A stretch of DNA of 64,000 nucleotides from Clostridiales bacterium. Lineage in GTDB: Bacteria > Acidobacteriota > Aminicenantia > Aminicenantales > UBA8522. The notes below the pieces were generated by a model that searched no databases, was not told the DNA's origin, and was given only the letters and a program-made list of their open reading frames with translations. Location of the stretch: positions 20,031-84,030 of the forward strand of contig JARYMI010000008.1 of assembly GCA_029907205.1 (NCBI GenBank), in the 5' to 3' direction. How positions within the stretch are numbered: the stretch's first letter is position 1; each line of letters begins with the position of its first letter. The position numbers were made by a program, and so were the translations under genes. Shown one piece after another: positions 59,805 to 64,000 of the stretch.

Positions 59805-62800
59805 TGGAAGCAAGGCAAACTCTGTCCGGCAAGGCCAAGGTCGATTTTGACCGGGTCAGGATCAGCATCGCTTCACCCGAGAAAATTAAGAGCTGGTCCT
59901 GGGGAGAAGTAACCAAGCCTGAGACGATCAACTACAGGACGTTTAAACCGGAAAAAGACGGCCTCTTCTGCGCCAAGATTTTCGGACCCATTAACGATTA
60001 CGAATGCCTCTGCGGCAAGTACAAGAGGATGAAGTACAGGGGAATTATCTGTGAACGCTGCGGCGTCGAGGTCACCAAATCCAAAGTTCGGCGGGAACGG
60101 ATGGGCCATATTCAGCTGGCCAGCCCGGTTGCCCATATCTGGTTTTTCAAGAGCCCGCCCAGCCGCATTGGCCTCGTCCTTGACCTCTCGATCAAGGACC
60201 TGGAGAAAGTTCTCTATTTTGAGTCCTATATCGTGACTGACCCGGGCGAGACACCCCTTAAAGAAAAACAGCTTCTGTCCGAAGAGGAATTCAAGGAGGC
60301 CCAGGAAAAATACGGCAGTAAATTTCAGGCCGGCATAGGAGCAGAAGCCATCGACGGACTCTTGACCAAAATCGACACGTCCAAAGAGACAGAACGTCTG
60401 AGAAAGTCGATGAAGAGGGAGACCTCTCAGCAGAGGAGGCTCAGATTCGCCAAGCGCCTGAGAGTCTTCAAGGCCCTGAAAAAATCGGGAAACAGGCCTG
60501 AGTGGATGATCCTGAAAGTCATCCCGGTCATTCCTCCCGACCTGAGACCTCTGGTCAGGCTCGATGGCGGCCGGTTTGCCACTTCTGACCTGAATGACCT
60601 TTACCGCCGGGTCATCAACCGCAACAACCGGCTCAAGAAGCTGATCGAGCTCAAAGCGCCCGAGCTCATCATCCGCAACGAGAAGAGGATGCTCCAGGAA
60701 GCTGTGGACGCTCTCTTCGACAACGGCAAAAGAGGCCGGGTTCATCTGGGAGCCAACCGGCGGCCGCTCAAGTCTCTGAGCGAAGCTTTGCGGGGAAAGC
60801 AAGGGCGGTTTCGCCAGAATCTCCTCGGGAAACGCGTCGATTATTCAGGCCGGTCCGTGATCGTCGTGGGGCCGGAGCTCAAGTTGAACCAGTGCGGTTT
60901 GCCCAAAAAGATGGCCTTGGAGCTCTTCAAGCCCTTCATTTTCCACAAGCTGGAGAAAGAAGGCCTTGTTCCCAGCGTCAAGATTGCCCGCGAGTGGCAT
61001 GAGCAGGAACGTCCTGAAGTTTGGGATTACCTGGAGGAAGTCGTCAGGGAGCATCCTATTCTTCTCAATCGAGCCCCCACACTCCACCGCCTCGGCATTC
61101 AGGCTTTTGAGCCCATCCTGATTGAAGGCAAGGCTATCCAGATTCATCCGCTTGTCTGCGCAGCTTTCAACGCGGACTTCGACGGCGACCAGATGGCCGT
61201 CCATATCCCTCTCTCTGTCGAAGCCCAGATCGAAGCCCAGACGCTGATGCTTTCGACAAATAATATCCTTTCGCCCGCCCACGGCCGGCCTTTGACGATT
61301 CCTAGCCAGGACATGGTTTTAGGCTGCTATTATCTGACCCTCGAGAAAAAAGGCCAGAAGGGAGAGGGACGCATCTTTTCCTCTCGAGAAGAAGCCTTGC
61401 TGGCTCTGGAAAACAGGGAAGTCGACCTCCAGGCCCGGATCAAACTGAGGTTCACAGGGTCGGTCATGAACCTGATCACCTATTATGACGATCAAGCGGT
61501 AATGACCTGTCCGGTAACCACAGTGCAGAATAAGTTGATCGACACGACGCCAGGAAGGATCATTTTCAATAACATTCTTCCTCCGGGGATTCCCTTCATG
61601 AACGGCATGATGAGGAAAAAGGGCCTGGAGAACCTGGTTTTCTATACGTACTTGAAAGCAGGACTCTCGCCGACCATCGAAATGCTCGACAAAATGAAAG
61701 AACTCGGGTTCAATCAGGCTACTCAGGCAGGCTTTTCGTTGGGGATCGATGATTTTATCATTCCCAAGGAGAAGAGCGTGCTCGTGGATAAGGCCCAGAA
61801 AGAGGTGCAGGACATCGAAAAGCTTTACCGCGAAGGGACGATCTCCGCAGGAGAGCGGTTCAACCGAGTGGTCGAAATCTGGGGAGCAGTGACGGACAAA
61901 GTCTCAAGCGCCATGATCGACGAGATGAAAAAGATCAGTTTCGAAGGGAATCAACTCAACCCGCTTTTTGTCATGGCTGATTCCGGCTCCCGCGGCAACA
62001 AGCAGCAGATTCGTCAGCTGGCCGGCATGAGGGGGCTGATGAGCAAGCCTTCAGGCGAGATCATCGAGACGCCTATTGTCTCAAACCTCAGGGAAGGCCT
62101 GAATGTCCTTCAGTACTTCATTTCTACCCATGGAGCACGCAAAGGGCTGGCAGATACGGCCCTCAAAACCGCGAATTCAGGATACCTGACCCGCAAGCTC
62201 GTGGACGTTGGCCAGGAGGTCATCGTGGACGAACACGATTGCGGCACGTTGAAAGGAACCAATGTCACGGCGATCGTTGAAAACGGCGAGATCATCGAGC
62301 CCTTTATTGACCGCATTGTCGGCCGCATCGCTCTGGAGAGAGTTGTCAATCCCGACACGAATGAAGTGATTGTTGAGCCAAATCAAGAAATCACGGAAGA
62401 AATCGCCCAGCAGTTTCAAGACCTGGGCATTGAGAAGGTTAAGATTCGCTCCGTCCTCACCTGTGAAGCCAAGAGAGGCGTCTGTCAGCTCTGCTACGGC
62501 CGAAACATGTCTACCGGGATGCTTGTTGAACTTGGCGAGGCAGTTGGGATCATCGCGGCCCAGTCGATCGGAGAGCCCGGGACTCAGCTGACGATGAGAA
62601 CATTCCATATTGGCGGCATCGCCATGCGGGGCGCGGAGAGGTCGAAGCTCGAAGCCAAAAACGACGGCATCGTCACGTTCAACAACCTGAAGAGCGTCGT
62701 CAACAGGGACGGCGTTATCGTCGTTGTCAACCGGAACGCAAGCATCGCCATCCTTGACCATCGCGGCCGTGAAATCGAGCACTATCAGGTTCCTTACGGA

Positions 62801-63949
62801 GCCAAAGTCTTTGTCAAAGACCGAGAAGCCATCAGGGCGCGGCAGGAATTCGCAGAGTGGGATCCGTTTAATACGTACATCCTAACAGAGGAAAGCGGTG
62901 TGGCCGAATTTCGCGATGTCGTCCGCGGCGTGACCATGGAGGAGGTTCAGGACGAATTCACGGGGCTGATCACCAAAGTCGTCATCGAGCCTAAAGACGA
63001 GAAGATGCAGCCCAGGGTCGAGATCATTCACCCCACCAAAAAGGACAAGAACAATAGGCCCATCGTGCTTAAGAGATATTACTTGCCCTCCCGCGCCAAC
63101 CTCGAAGTTGAGGGAAGAGAGAAAGTCTTAGCCGGGGACGTCCTGGCCAAGATTCCGAGGGAACAGGCCCGGACAAAAGACATCACCGGCGGCTTGCCTC
63201 GGGCAGAGGAGCTGTTCGAGGCGAGGCGTCCCAAGTCACCAGCCGTCATTTCCGAGATCGACGGAGTGGTCCAGTTTAGCGGCTTGGTCAGGGGTTACCG
63301 AAAACTCGTCGTCACCAACGAAAAGGGCGGCGAAAAGGAATATCTTATTCCCAAGGGAGCTCACCTCAGCGTCGGTGAAGGAGAACGGGTGCGGGCAGGA
63401 ACGCCGCTTATGGACGGGCCAGTTAACCCTCACGATATCCTCCGGGTCCTCGGAGAGAAGGAGCTGGCCGAATACCTTCTCCGCGAGATCCAGGAGGTTT
63501 ACAGGCTGCAGGGGGTAACAATAAACGATAAACACATCGAAATCATCATCCGCCAGATGCTCCGCTGGGTTAAGGTCGAAGAGGTGGGAGATACAGAATT
63601 TCTCGTTGACGAACAGGTAGATAAATTTGTTTTTCAGGAGGAAAATGATAAGGTCATCAGGAAGGGCGGAAAGCCGGCCAAAGCAAGGCCGCTTCTCTTG
63701 GGAATCACCAAGAGTGCCTTGAGCACGGACAGTTTTATTGCAGCGGCTTCCTTCCAGGAAACGACGCGTGTCCTGACAGAGGCCAGCCTTTACGGAAAAG
63801 TGGATTATTTGAGGAGGCTGAAAGAGAACATCATCATGGGCAGGCTCATTCCCGCGGGCACCGGATACCGCTATTACCATGATGTAGAACTGAAGGAGTC
63901 CGAAGGGACGGCCGAAGGGCCGGAAATCGAGGCCCCCGTGCGGAGCTGA
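59804..63949 (+). CDS. rpoC: DNA-directed RNA polymerase subunit beta'
   Basis: N-terminal zinc motif [20 protein letters not shown] and catalytic [12 protein letters not shown]. The ATG overlaps the rpoB TAA (TAATG). Confidence 0.97.
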   Translation: MEARQTLSGKAKVDFDRVRISIASPEKIKSWSWGEVTKPETINYRTFKPEKDGLFCAKIFGPINDYECLCGKYKRMKYRGIICERCGVEVTKSKVRRERMGHIQLASPVAHIWFFKSPPSRIGLVLDLSIKDLEKVLYFESYIVTDPGETPLKEKQLLSEEEFKEAQEKYGSKFQAGIGAEAIDGLLTKIDTSKETERLRKSMKRETSQQRRLRFAKRLRVFKALKKSGNRPEWMILKVIPVIPPDLRPLVRLDGGRFATSDLNDLYRRVINRNNRLKKLIELKAPELIIRNEKRMLQEAVDALFDNGKRGRVHLGANRRPLKSLSEALRGKQGRFRQNLLGKRVDYSGRSVIVVGPELKLNQCGLPKKMALELFKPFIFHKLEKEGLVPSVKIAREWHEQERPEVWDYLEEVVREHPILLNRAPTLHRLGIQAFEPILIEGKAIQIHPLVCAAFNADFDGDQMAVHIPLSVEAQIEAQTLMLSTNNILSPAHGRPLTIPSQDMVLGCYYLTLEKKGQKGEGRIFSSREEALLALENREVDLQARIKLRFTGSVMNLITYYDDQAVMTCPVTTVQNKLIDTTPGRIIFNNILPPGIPFMNGMMRKKGLENLVFYTYLKAGLSPTIEMLDKMKELGFNQATQAGFSLGIDDFIIPKEKSVLVDKAQKEVQDIEKLYREGTISAGERFNRVVEIWGAVTDKVSSAMIDEMKKISFEGNQLNPLFVMADSGSRGNKQQIRQLAGMRGLMSKPSGEIIETPIVSNLREGLNVLQYFISTHGARKGLADTALKTANSGYLTRKLVDVGQEVIVDEHDCGTLKGTNVTAIVENGEIIEPFIDRIVGRIALERVVNPDTNEVIVEPNQEITEEIAQQFQDLGIEKVKIRSVLTCEAKRGVCQLCYGRNMSTGMLVELGEAVGIIAAQSIGEPGTQLTMRTFHIGGIAMRGAERSKLEAKNDGIVTFNNLKSVVNRDGVIVVVNRNASIAILDHRGREIEHYQVPYGAKVFVKDREAIRARQEFAEWDPFNTYILTEESGVAEFRDVVRGVTMEEVQDEFTGLITKVVIEPKDEKMQPRVEIIHPTKKDKNNRPIVLKRYYLPSRANLEVEGREKVLAGDVLAKIPREQARTKDITGGLPRAEELFEARRPKSPAVISEIDGVVQFSGLVRGYRKLVVTNEKGGEKEYLIPKGAHLSVGEGERVRAGTPLMDGPVNPHDILRVLGEKELAEYLLREIQEVYRLQGVTINDKHIEIIIRQMLRWVKVEEVGDTEFLVDEQVDKFVFQEENDKVIRKGGKPAKARPLLLGITKSALSTDSFIAAASFQETTRVLTEASLYGKVDYLRRLKENIIMGRLIPAGTGYRYYHDVELKESEGTAEGPEIEAPVRS

Positions 63950-63974
63950 AAAGACTGTAACTTCCTCAAAATCC

Positions 63975-64000
63975 TTGACATAGAAAGCAGTTTCTGCTAT
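63975..64000 (+). promoter_or_regulatory. Possible sigma-70 promoter downstream of rpoC (cut by the window end)
   Basis: TTGACA at 63975-63980. After 17 nt the window ends in TAT, a possible start of a -10 box. Confidence 0.3.

Overview
This 64-kb window is about 55% GC and gene-dense, with roughly 60 CDS and 5 tRNAs. It looks like chromosomal DNA from a diderm bacterium that is probably anaerobic or microaerophilic. The evidence is a TonB-dependent receptor and a porin-like barrel, plus rubredoxin, rubrerythrin, a desulforedoxin-like mini-protein, a hemerythrin/DUF438 sensor and a 2-oxoacid:ferredoxin oxidoreductase remnant. I cannot assign a phylum from the sequence alone.

The content is almost entirely core. 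From left to right:
- TonB receptor (partial), then a sigma-54 promoter driving a small ORF and gdh, next to an NtrB/C-type two-component pair.
- UbiA-type prenyltransferase.
- A rodZ-like, ntrY/X-like and recO operon; nfi; ftsEX.
- A ferritin-like, rubredoxin, rubredoxin-reductase and porin operon.
- purA, a DUF438/hemerythrin sensor and a PhzF-family gene.
- Nfu, NifS and IscU, then nadA, rbr, nth, a PflA-like radical SAM enzyme and pncB.
- Archease and rtcB.
- CheR plus a 1291-aa hybrid histidine kinase.
- Tandem thyX; tyrS; purN, L, Q, S and B.
- An ECF sigma, anti-sigma and Spy-like module.
- The classical tRNA(Thr-Tyr-Gly-Thr)-tuf-rpmG-tRNA(Trp)-secE-nusG-rplKAJL-rpoBC block.

I found no CRISPR array, transposase, integrase, prophage or recognisable defence or toxin module, so I do not claim a new multi-gene system.

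The signals most worth follow-up are:
1. The tuf gene is an extreme G-rich, C-poor codon-usage island inside an otherwise normal operon.
2. A ~120-nt structured element occurs twice (13.6 kb and 24.6 kb) with compensatory base changes. On the minus strand each copy has a -10-like box and a terminator-like hairpin, so it may be an sRNA or REP-like family.
3. A ~58-aa four-Cys-pair (double zinc-ribbon-like) insertion sits near the N-terminus of RpoB, and a similar module is appended to IscU.
4. A near-consensus sigma-54 promoter couples a small unknown ORF plus gdh to the adjacent enhancer-binding regulator.

Several ORF-track starts were trimmed to internal starts with RBS or homology support. 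Four ORFs under 60 aa were missing from the track and were added by eye: rubredoxin, L33, a 59-aa membrane protein and a desulforedoxin-like protein.
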